DNA of 64,000 nt from NCBI RefSeq assembly GCF_963921235.1, contig NC_086108.1:70122001-70186000 (forward strand), in the 5' to 3' direction. The translations under genes and the position numbers were made by a program. This stretch comes from Mobula hypostoma. Lineage: Eukaryota. Shown piece after piece: positions 49,636 through 60,474 of the stretch (its first letter is position 1; each line of letters starts with the position of its first letter). The notes under the pieces are model-generated. The model made no database searches and had not been told where the DNA came from. It saw nothing but the letters and a program-made list of their open reading frames with translations.

Positions 49636-50499
49636 TGATCTTACCTACCACCCCATCAGCCTCTGCATCAATCACTCTCTGCAACATCTGCTGTCTCCAA
49701 CTGGATCCCACCACCAGGCACATATTTGCATCCCCCCCCCCCACCACAGGAATTGTTCTATCTGTGACGCCCGTGCTTGCTCATCCCTCTCCACAGGTAC
49801 CCCCCCCCCCCACGGGTACTTAACCCTGCAATTATCCCAAATATTACGCCAGCCTCTACACCTCCTCTCTCTCACCACCACTGAGGGCCAAAATTAGTTC
49901 TACCAGGTGAGGCAGCACTTCACATGTGAATCCATCAGTGCCATTCAGTGCTCCCAGTGCAGCTTCTTGTACCTCGGAGAAGCCTGGCACAGATTGGGAG
50001 AAATTGCTTCATCTACCGTCTTCATACCATTTGTCGTAACAGCCAGAATCTTGTGATGGCCAACCATTTCAAGTCCACTTTCCATTCCCATACTGACATG
50101 TCCGTCCACGGCTACTTCTCTTGCCAAGTTGTGGCATATTCCCAAACCTGTTGGCATCAACATTGATTTTTATAACTTCTGATATGCACTCCCCTCAGTC
50201 CACACCCTCATTCATTGTCTTCCCTTATCGCTCTGGCCCCATTACTCCTTCTCTTTCCCCTCACACACCTGCCAAACACTTTGGTTCTCCACTTCCTTTC
50301 CTTTATTCCTCTCCTATCAGATCCCACTTTTTTCAGCCCTTTGCCTGTTACACATTTTACTTTGCAGCTTCTCACATCATTCTCATTTCTCCCACCTCCT
50401 TCCCCGCTGACCTATCTTACCTCCTCTCCTATATTTCATTATCACCTGCCCGCTCGTGCTCCTCCCCGCTTCCTATATCCTTTCATTCTGACTCTTTCT

Positions 50500-50535
50500 A
50501 GTCCTGATGAAGGGTCCTGGCCTGAAATGTCGACT
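50500..50535 (+). ncRNA. Minimal type I hammerhead ribozyme motif
   Basis: AGUC-CUGAUGA-AGGGUCCUGGCCU-GAAA-UG-UC-GACU. Canonical core, helix I AGUC:GACU, GUC triplet ending at 50531. Confidence 0.75.
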
Positions 50536-51499
50536 GTTTATTCCCCTCCACTGATGCTGCCTGACTTGCTGAGTTCCTCCAGAATTTTGTGTCCCCAATG
50601 TAACTTGCCTGTTTGGCACAAAAAATCTGATGGCAAAGTGAATGAGGTGAAAACTTCCCCATGTTTCAAAGGCATTTCGAGCAGAATGAAAACTTTCGTT
50701 AATGTGCAGAGATTAATAGTTTGAGTAAGAGAACAGTCTCTTAAAATTTGTACATTCTTCATTTTAATTCATATTTCTTTGAGCTTTGGATTGGAATTAT
50801 CAAATAATCAAATACACACCAGGGCAAAAACAGAAAATATGAATATTTCTGTTCAAATCATAGTTAGTTAAAGAATCATAGAATTAAGCATCATTGAAAC
50901 AGTCCTCATGGCCCAATTTGTCTTTGCCAACCAAGGTGTCTATCTAAGTTTGTCCCACTTACCTATGTTTAAGCCATATGTTTCTAAACGTTTCCTATCT
51001 TTGCACTGTCCAAACACATTTTAACAATTGTTATGGTATCTGCCTCAACTGTTTCCTCTAGCAGTTCATTCCATGTAAATGTCAGGCTCTGTGTGCTGAA
51101 GTTGCCCCTCAGGTCCCTTTGGAATCTTTTCCCTCTGACCTTAAACCTATGACCTTTGGTTTTTTTATTATCTCTTTTTAACTACAAAGGTTGCGCATTC
51201 AAATAAAAGGTCAAATAAAGGTCAAATAGAAGGTCAGTTCTGATAAGAAATAATACTTTTGAAGTGGCCTGGTCTGCTTCACATTCGGTGCTGAATTTCT
51301 GTCATACTAATTATTTTTAACTGGAGGATATCCCTGGATGTACTCCATATCTCAAAGATTTCTTGTCTGCCACTCACAAAATCCATTACTATCAGTTTAA
51401 AAATGTAAAGGTACATATTTAAGTGCACATATTTGACACCGTTCAAAAGCCAAAAAGGAGCAATCAAGCCCACTGTATTGATTTGAATTAAATTGAATT

Positions 51500-52720
51500 G
51501 ACATTATTTCTTACATCCTTCACATACACAAGGAGTAAAAACCTTTACATTACGTCTCTGTCTAAATGTACAATTATAGTAATTTATAATAAATACAACA
51601 GTCAATGTAACATAGAAATACACTCAATCAGCGTGAGTTAATCAGTCTGATGGCCTGGTGGAAGAAGCTGTACTGGAGCCTGTTGGTCCTGGCTTTTATG
51701 CTGTGGTACCGTTAACCTGGTTAGTAGCAGCTAGAATAGATTGAGGTTGGGGTGACTCAGGACCCCAATGATCCTTCAGGCCCTTTTTTCACACCTGTCT
51801 TTATAAATGTCTTGAATGATGGGAGGTTCATAACTATAGTTGTGCTGGGCTGTCCGCACCACTCTCTGCAGAATCCTGAGATTAAGGGAGGTACAGTTCC
51901 CCTGCAGCCAGCCAGGATGCTCTTAATTCTGCCCCTGTAGAAAGTTCCTCGGATTTGGGGGCCCATACCAAACTTCCTCAACTGTCTGAGGTGAAAGAGG
52001 CACTGTTGCGTCTTTTTCACCACGCAGCTGGTGTGTACAGACCACGCCAGGTCCTCAGTAATGTGGATGCCAAGGAACTTAAAGTTGTCTACCCTCTCAA
52101 ACCCAGATCCATTGATGTCAACAGGGGTTAACCTGTCTCCATTCTTCCTGCAGTCCACAACCAGCTCTTTTGTTTTTGTGACATTGAGGGAGAGGTTGTT
52201 TCTTGACACCACTGTGTCAGAGAGATGACTTCTTCCCTGTAGGCCACCTCATTATTGTTTTGAGATTAGGCCAATCAATGTAGTGTCATTGGCAAATTTA
52301 AGTAGCAGATTAGAACTGTGGATGGTGACACAGTCATGGGTATACAGGGAGTAAAGGAGAGGGCTTAAGACACAGCTCTGAGGGGCACCTGTGTTGAGGG
52401 TCAGAGGGGCAGAGGTGAGGGAGTCCACTCTTACCACATGCCCATGATCTGACAGAAAGTCCAGGATCCAGCTACACAAGGCAGGGTCAAGGCCGAGGCC
52501 TCTGAGCTTCCTGTTGAGCCTGGATGGAATTATAGTGTTGAATGCTGAACTGTAATCCAAGAACAGCATTCTCATTTAAGCATCCTTCTTCTCCAGTATG
52601 TAGAGCAGTGGCTATTGCATCATCTGTCGATCAGTTGTGTTGGTAGGCAAATTGTTGGGGGTCCAGTTTGGGTGGTAGCAAGCTGCAGATGTAATCCTTG
52701 ACTAGCCTCTCAAAGCATTT
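51500..52720 (-). mobile_element. Rex1/Babar-like LINE, 5'-truncated
   Basis: ORFs 52252-52575 ([38 protein letters not shown]) and 51757-52212 (FKFLGIHI). Confidence 0.88.
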
Positions 52721-52802
52721 TTTTATTACATTGAATATACAGTTAGATTAGAATCTTGGCTTCCTAGCTTGTTCAGATACTTGGGGCGGTCCTTCATGGA
52801 TA

Positions 52803-52957
52803 TACAAGAGAAAATCTGCAGATGCTGGAAATCCAAAGCAACACACACAAAATGCTGGAGGAACTCAGCAGGCCAGGCGGTATCTATGGAAAGGAACACA
52901 GTTGATATTTTGGGCCAAGACCCCTCAGCAGGTCAAAACGTCGACTGTACTCCTTAA
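52803..52957 (-). mobile_element. 155-bp Penelope-derived mini-element with short inverted end
   Basis: pLTR tail through a decayed hammerhead, then inverted aaacgtcgactgtactc. 11-bp TSD CTTCATGGATA/CTTCGTGGATA (52792-52802, 52958-52968). Confidence 0.78.
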
Positions 52958-53664
52958 CTTCGTGGATAGGTTGTTTTTGGATTAGTTGATAGAGAATGGA
53001 AAATTTTTCATCTGTTCAACAAATTAGTTAACCTCTTAAGTTGCATTAGTGTTCGTTCTTAACCCATATCAACCTCATCTCACCTTTCTTCTACATTATA
53101 TTGTTCTAACAAAACCTCCTGCAAACTGTGCCAGAATGAAGGTATGACTTTTTCTCCAGACTCAGAAACATTTTCTAAATCTGTAGGATGTATTTGAAGA
53201 ATCTGCACAAACCTCTTATCTTTTGCAATGTCACCGAGCTTCACATTGCCTCCAAATTAATCCAAAATCAATCAGGAATAATTTTACTATTTCAATTTAA
53301 TCAATAGAGGATAATGCTTTTGTTAGTTTCTTATAGATGTTCTCCTATAAATATGGAATGATTGACAGAGGAGGAGGCTGCTCAAATATGGAAAAAGGCT
53401 TAATCAACAGAGGAAAGGTGAAAAGCTGATACACATCTTTAAAATTATAGAACGGCCTTACACACTAGAAAAGTTGTTGAAAACAAAATGTAGATACTGG
53501 AAATTTAAAAGTAAATTGGTAAACACTGGAAATTCTCTGGAGGTAAAGTAGCATTTGTGCAAAGAGAAACATTAACTCTTCCTCTTGGAGAAAAGCAGTT
53601 TCCATTGTAGGCAACTCCACAACAATGGGCCATAAATAGACACTAGGTTAATCCCTAATAAACT

Positions 53665-56600
53665 CAGGGGTGCAGAGCTGCTGGAGCTCACCGGAGCACT
53701 GCTCTGGCACCTCTGTAAAAAAAGGTCAAAATAAACAAGCGGGGAATTTAACAGCGGCCGCATATTAAATAGAGGGAATTTTACGGAAGCAGGGGCTGGG
53801 GAGAGGGGGTGGAGGCTGGTGGGGAAAATACCACTAATAATATTAGGATATTTGATCGTTTTTGGTGAAATCCTGGAGCTGTGACTGTTTTGTGAAATTC
53901 CTGCTCGCTCGACCCATTGTCCCAGCATACCCTGCTGTAGATTCCTGCCATTTCACAGATCCTCAGTCTCTCTCCAGCACTCGTTATTTGAGCATTGTTC
54001 GCTGAGAAAATAAAAATCTTAGATCTTTTGAAAAGTGGCATGTCGCTTGCTGAAGTGGGCTGTAAGGTCGCTAAGAATGAATCGAGCATTCACACAATAA
54101 AGCAGAAAGAAGCTGAAATTCGTGGAAGTGTTAGTGCTACCCCTACAAAGGCAAAAATGGTCTCTCTGGTTCATGATAAAGTGCTTGCAAAGACTGAGAA
54201 AGCATTAAGTGTGTGGCTAGAGGACATGTCACAGAAGCATATCCCTGTTGATGGCACAATTATGCGTGAAAAAGCACTTGGCCTCTATGAGCACTACTGT
54301 GAGGGGGTTGAGGAGAGCGAGAGGAAGGAGTTTAAGGCTAATAAGGGATGGTTGGCTAGCTACGTAAAGCTCTACAGTCTCAAGAACTTAAAGATCACCG
54401 GAGAATTGGCATGGCAGATGTACCAAGTATCCTATTATGGAGCTAATCAAAATACACACTTGAAGTCTCTCAGGAAAAAAATTGTTGATCACAAACTATC
54501 AAAAACTCACACTGATGCTCTAAGTGTTGAAAATATAGCTATTGAAGATGCTGTCGGAAAATTATGTGACACCATGAAAGCTTCGCATCTAAAGGCAACT
54601 TGTTCAATTTTTCATTCTGCATATTATATAGCTCAGAATGATCATACTCTGATCACTTTGGCTTATTGGAACTTCAAAACAAAATGGTATTGACATTGGA
54701 ATTGGACTGCATTCCCGCACTTGTGCTACAGAGATAATCAATCACATAACCATTAATATGAAAAAGAAAATTTGCTAGCATATCAAGCAGATACATGGCA
54801 AGTTTTCTGTTCTCATTGATGAATCAACAAGCCTGAGCGTTAAAACCGCCCTAATAGTTTATTTCAAATGTGAGAGTGATAAGGAAGGTGATCCCCATTT
54901 TATGTTTTTAGATCTAATTGAACTGCCTGATCAGAAAGCAGCAAATATTGCAAAGCATCTATTGAACTGTCTCAATAACCATAGATTTGATGCCTCTTAC
55001 TTGAAACAGAACCTTGTAGCATTTGCTAGTGATGGGGCGAGCGTAATGCTGGGTGTCAAATCTGGTGTTGCTACAATTCTCAAGGAGCCTGATGTGATAA
55101 TTTGGCACTGTCTTAATCACAGATTAGAACTTGCAGTAGGTGATTTGGTGAGAAAAGTTCATGGAATAAATCATTTTCAATCATTTATGGACAAATTGTA
55201 CTCTGTTTACAGTAGATTACCTCTAAATCAAAAGGAACTGTCTGAATGTGCCTCTCAACTGGAACAACAAATTTGCAAACTAGACCATGTTCTGGGCACC
55301 AGCTGGGTAGCTAGCTTATTTCGAACAGTTTCAACAGTGTGGCAAATTATGAAGCACTGTGTTCTCGTTTTGAAAAAGCAATGAAGGATGAAACGAGATC
55401 TGGGAGTGACAGAAATACCTATGAAGGTCTGTTGAAAAGACTCTCTTCGGAACAGTTTTTATTGGACTTAGCTCTAATGTATGACACATTGCATGAACTT
55501 GATTTACTGTCAGAGTATTTACAGAATCGCACTACTATGATTGTTTATGCAGACAAGCTGATTCAACAGAGCATAATATCACTGCATGGACTGAAAGAGC
55601 AACCAGGTACAAAAACTCTAGAAGCTCAAGAGGCAGTTGAAAAGGGGAAGTTTGGAGAAATTACCTTAACAAGCAACAACAAAATTGTCTCCATTAATTA
55701 TCTACAGTTTCTTACCAGTCTTATAAACAATTTGCAGCACTGTATGTTCACGGCAACATTCTTGAAAGGTTCGCAAACTTCTAAACCTCAAAGTATGTAT
55801 AAATCCCTGCTAAATGAAATGTGTTTCCTTGATAAAGATAACTGGCCTGCTGAAATACCGCCTAATTATAGAGAAGCTGCAATATCATCTCTCTGTAAGA
55901 GGTTTAAGCTTTCTTCTTCCTCTGTAATAAATGCCTTCAGAGATTATGTGGAAGATTGTGGATGCCGCATCCCCCACGATTTACGCCCATTACTGAGCTG
56001 TTCACAAGTTATCCCTATTAGTACTGCTGAATGTGAGAGAGGATTCAGTCCCATGAACTTGATAATAACAACAACATGCTCAAGAATTCTCATAAATCAT
56101 GTATCAGCACTTATGTTTGTTCAACTACACAGACCTCCTCTAGTTCAGTGGAATCTTGAGCTGTATGTCACATCATGGCTGCGGTACCACAGATCAGCAG
56201 ATGACACCAGGACAAGAGTTGCTTCAGACCCCCAAACACATTTTACGCCTGACCCTTTGAGGAAATTATTGTGAAGCTTTTCATTGGTGGCATTTGGTAA
56301 GGAGGTAATTACTTTTAAATTGGTAAAATACATGATTACCATCTTTTTCTTTAATTGTTTGATAATTATATTTTATGATAATTAGTGAGTGCAACCGTGC
56401 AATACTTTGTCATATTATTAAATTATTTAAGTATCATATGTTTTATTGTACCAGTTGTACACTGAAATGTAGAGATAGGCTATAATCTTGTTAATGCCTT
56501 AACTACTGTATCACTATATTTCTGTAGAGCTCTGGAATTCATATATTTCTTTCATCTTGGTTTAGTGCTTGACATTACAAGAATCTCTCAATTTGTGTAC

Positions 56601-56742
56601 CTGCTCATTACATAAATGCGGAATGGGGCAAGGAAGTTGCCCAGTACATGAAATTAGCAGGTACACTAATTGCGTGTGACATACATAGAAAGGATGTTGG
56701 AAATGGAAAGCATTTTGTCAGTTTATTAGCATTTCACCCCTG
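53665..56742 (+). mobile_element. 3078-bp hAT DNA transposon (KIAA1586/ZNF862-like transposase) carrying a Tigger-type N-terminal segment
   Basis: TIRs CAGGGGTGCAGAGCT vs CAGGGGTGAAATGCT (12/15 match). 8-bp TSD AATAAACT (53657-53664) / AATAAATT (56743-56750). Confidence 0.9.
53995..56274 (+). pseudogene. Disrupted chimeric transposase: pogo/Tigger CENP-B-type HTH region (about 53998-54420) fused to a KIAA1586-like hAT core
   Basis: The N-part EKIKILDLLKSG..NESSIHTIK..EKALSVWLED..FKANKGWLASY..LKITGE is Tigger-like. The C-part has SLRKKI.DH, SVLIDEST, FASDGASVMLG, WHCLNHRLELA, STAECERGFS and HRSADDTRTR. Frameshifts near 54650-54690 and 55340; TAG at 54776-54778. Confidence 0.85.
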
Positions 56743-57079
56743 AATAAATTGCAGAGGGATTTCAACCCAAATATTGTTACTCAGTTGTAGAGTAATGCAA
56801 CAACACTTAACTCTACGCCCGTATTCTCTACTGAATCCTGTATTTTTACAACAAATCTTTCTTGGTGAAAAAGGAGAGGATGTCCGAACAAATATTGCCT
56901 GGGAAAACCCATTCTCTGTCGGACACCAACTACTTGTACGCAAGTTTTAGAAAAGCCATAAAGTGAATTATCAAGAGCTCATTGGAAAATGCGAACACAG
57001 AGATAGTATAATTTCCTCGTTGGATATGCAGCTTCACACAAGCCTCTATTCTTTTGCTGGGTAATACCAACATACTCAG

Positions 57080-57271
57080 CTCCCCAATGCGCATAAGCGA
57101 GTGGCCGCAGCAGGGTGCGGTGCCCGTGACGGAATGAACGCGGGACGCGTCACGTGCCGGGAGACGCATTGGAGGCTCGTGTACTCTGTCCCGATCTCCA
57201 TCTCTTTCCATACCCGCCATCTTGCTCACCGCGTGTTTCCTTTGGGTCCGGACAAACATCATAAGGTTTGT
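57080..57271 (+). promoter_or_regulatory. BTF3L4 CpG-island promoter and probable non-coding exon 1
   Basis: CCAAT (57084), ATGCGCAT, E-box GTCACGTG (57149-57156), ATTGG (57168), TCT/TOP-like CTCTTTCC (57202-57209), YY1 CCGCCATCTT (57214-57223) and candidate donor AAG|GTTTGT at 57265/57266. Confidence 0.7.
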
Positions 57272-57881
57272 GACCGAGGCAGAAAAGTTTCCTGTCACTA
57301 TGATTGACCGCGCAGTTGTCGCCCTGATAAAATCGAGATGCAGTCCCCGTGTTAGCAAATTATGTGCGGGAGCGGGGAACGAGAAATTGCTGTGAACAAA
57401 ATTAGTTTGGAGGTGGGATTTTAAAATCGGCTGGTTTGAGCTACATTTTGTGGCTGGTTGCTTTCTAAGGCTGGGCACGTTAGGCCGCGACATGACTTAA
57501 GTGGAAGAAAAGTGTAATAACCGTGTGTCAAATCGATGTGGTCTTTTTCCTGAGATATCGGAACTGGTTGTGAAGCCTGAACGGAACTGAAGTTTTCAGT
57601 GTGCACCGTACGTTTGTCATGCTACTCAAATGTCTACCTCTCAGTTCGCTGAAAAAAATAGTTTAAAAGTAAAGCAGAGCTACGATAAATAAATCTAGTC
57701 GTCATTTGTGTTTATAGAACGAGAAGTCCTTTCAAGTTACTTAGATAACAAGTTTTACATGGAAATTAATCTTTAATTAACTGGCCTAGATCGCATTGTA
57801 ATGTTTGTTATTTTGCGAAAATAATGTAAATATAGTGATTTTGAATTTACTTTTTTTTTTGCCTTCTCCAGATTATACACT

Positions 57882-57935
57882 ATGAATCAGGAAAAATTAG
57901 CAAAACTACAGGCTCAGGTCCGGATAGGAGGAAAG
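57882..57935 (+). CDS. BTF3L4: Transcription factor BTF3 homolog 4 (NAC beta-like), first coding exon MNQEKLAKLQAQVRIGGK
   Basis: Exact BTF3/BTF3L4 N-terminal peptide. Acceptor (T)n-GCCTTCTCCAG at 57871, donor GTGAG at 57936. Head-to-head with TXNDC12 as in other vertebrates. Further exons were not seen in the window. Confidence 0.92.
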
Positions 57936-59006
57936 GTGAGATCATTGTTTGTCATAGTTGTTTATGTAATGGCAGCCACTAATTTAATATCAAGAAAATT
58001 AGTGTTTTGTTTTTGTGACTTTTAAATGGTATAACTTTTCAAATACTAGGTTGTTGCTTTTGTTAATAAGGGATGTTACACTTAATCCTTAATTTCAAAG
58101 CCTAGAACTACAGGTGTGTTTGCAGTTTTTACTGTTTTGATATCTACAGAGCAAGAGAGTGAGACAAACTTTTTCATGTTCATCTTTTTATAGTTCTGTG
58201 CTAAGGTCATTGACCAGAAACATTAATATCATTCTCAAATTATTTTGGCTTTTTTGCTTTTTTGCAGCATTTTGTTGTAAATGTCAGGTTTCCAGTGGCC
58301 GTGGAACTCTGCTTTTGCACTGGAGTTTTAAAGACAACTTTCAATAATGCTTGCATTGTCTTACCAATCAGGACCATTAAATTTGTTCCTTTGTATGTTC
58401 ACATATTTTGAATATTGCAATAATTTTGTATTTGCTTATCGTGGTTCTCTTTGAAGGCAGCAAATATTTCTTAAACTATTGCAAACAATGTGAAGAGAAC
58501 TCTTAATATACTCTGAAAAGGGCATTTCCAGCAGTTTTATCCAGTGATAATGAAAGAATTCAGCCGTGTCAAAGTTGGTTTGGTCTGTGACTGGCAGATA
58601 TATTTGATCTTTTCATTGGTTTAAATTTTGAGGTTATCATTGCTGTTCTATTATCCTGTTAAAATATGACAGATTTAAAAGCAAATATTATTTGTAAAGT
58701 TCCTTTTAGGACTCAGCATCTTCCAAAGTGCTTCTCAGTCAATGAAGGTCTTCTGGTTCAACTGTTGCTGTCAGGCGTGGAACTTAGCAGTTAATTTTCA
58801 CACAAGTATCGCAGACCAAATAAACGTTTTGATCTGATTGGTTGAGAAATAAATATTGGCTGGAATGCTGAAATAAATCTGTTTTGGTTCAAAGGGATAT
58901 TTTATCTACTTTCACGGGGGCCCTCTGATTTTTTTTAAATCTTCAGAATTTAAGAACAGCAATGTAACTCATGGCTGGATTGAATTAGCTAGATTAGGTC
59001 CTCAAA

Positions 59007-59575
59007 TGTCGTGGTTTCTCGTTTCTCACAAACGACAAGGAGATGCAGAAAACTCATCAAGACGTTTTAAACTTTAATTTGCAAATCAAATCTGAGACAA
59101 TCAGAAAGCTAGTAGCTGACTGCCCATCGAGGCTTGTATACAGCATTTTTTATAGCAATTTTCCTATCTTAGCTACATTATCATATCCAGTCGGCCTGTG
59201 ATTATATATCATCAATATATCCGCTCTCGACTTTCCACTATTGTTTTACTCCCCAACTTAATTATGTCCTAGTTTACATTTTAGACCATATGTCCTGTCA
59301 TCCCTAACCACAGTTATTTCTTAATTAGTCTTGCGTTGACATACTGCCACATATTTCATCCCCTTACTCGCCACCATTATCTTTCTACTTGGTTTCATTC
59401 TAGTTCTCTTCATGAATTAATAGTGATCAGGTCAAAAGTCATGGTTACATAGTGAATACCTATTGAGCTAGCAGTGGTTACATAGTAAATATAGAAAATA
59501 CAATGTGTACATTTGAATATATACTGTTGAGTAAATACTGTAATACATAGAAAATACAATGCATTTTCCAATACA
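59007..59575 (-). mobile_element. Possible solo LTR
   Basis: Ends TGTCGTGG...CCAATACA (imperfect inverted termini). Minus-strand TATAAAAAA near 59150 and ATTAAA near 59075 are in LTR order. No TSD found and the right boundary is uncertain. Confidence 0.35.
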
Positions 59576-60256
59576 AGGCATTTGCATTGAACATGAGTTG
59601 TCACTGAGCAAATCTGTGTTTGACTTGTATCAGTTATGGCTACAATGATAGCTCTCTTAGTGAGAGCATTGTGGGATCATCTTTGCCTTATTGACTACAG
59701 CAGTTTAAAGCATGAATTACTTTGCAAAACAGTCATGGATGATGAGTGCAAAATTCCAAAATTCTAACATAAGGCCATTTAAAGTGGAACATTTCATGTT
59801 TTTTGACATACTAAAATTTTTAAAAAATTGCCTGCATATCAAATATGCAAGTGCATTAGCTTTTTATTAATGGGATAGTACTGCTGAGAAGACCAGCACT
59901 TGATGTTCACTTTATAATTAATGTGGAGGAATATATTCTTATCAGTTTAAGAAATATTGGGTAGACTCTGAAAGGAAGTGTAATACTTTGGCTGTGTGTT
60001 GACCTGAATGATTATTCCTTTTCCTGACTATTGTACAAATGGATACTGTTCCTAATGACATGTTTTTTCATGGTGACTATTTCAGCAGATGTCACCTGTA
60101 AATTTTAACAATAGTTAACGCTGAATTAGCATTTCCAGTTTTTGAATTTGAATGTATTTTCATGTTTATTTATTGATTAGAAAAGTGTTTGGTATCCAAA
60201 AATACAAGTCTAAGGTTAAGCCTATGTAATCTGGTGATGACATTGTAGAAATCAAA

Positions 60257-60474
60257 CATAAAAGTTGCTGGTGAATGCAGCAGGCCAGGCAGCATCTCTA
60301 GGAAGAGGTACAGTCGACGTTTCGGGCCGAGACCCTTAGTTCTGACAAAGGGTTTCGGCCCGAAACATCGACTGTACCTCTTCCTAGAGATTCTGCCTGG
60401 CCTGCTGCGTTCACCAGTAACTTTTATGTGCGTTGCTTGAAATTCCAGCATCTGCAGATTTCCTCATGCTTGCG
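60257..60474. mobile_element. 218-bp Penelope-derived fold-back mini-element
   Basis: Inverted arms of about 80 bp with hammerhead parts at the apex. 14-bp TSD TTGTAGAAATCAAA/TTGTATAAATCAAA (60243-60256, 60475-60488). Confidence 0.88.

Larger units (their letters stand above)
49290..50592 (+). mobile_element. Old Penelope-like element (RT/GIY-YIG remnant plus pLTR) interrupted by a SINE
   Basis: caggtgaggcagcacttcacatgtgaatc (QVRQHFTCES), ORF 49948-50166 (ANHFKST.HSHTDMSVHG), and a pLTR with hammerhead. Confidence 0.8.

Noticed and set aside
54902-56274. Functional domesticated KIAA1586 gene
   Set aside because: Frameshifts, an internal TAG, and intact TIRs and TSD show a decayed transposon copy.
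56930-57493. 187-aa minus-strand ORF as a novel gene or TXNDC12 exon 1
   Set aside because: It has no recognisable motifs and spans a GC-rich promoter where stops are rare. The true TXNDC12 exon 1 is at 43836-43920.
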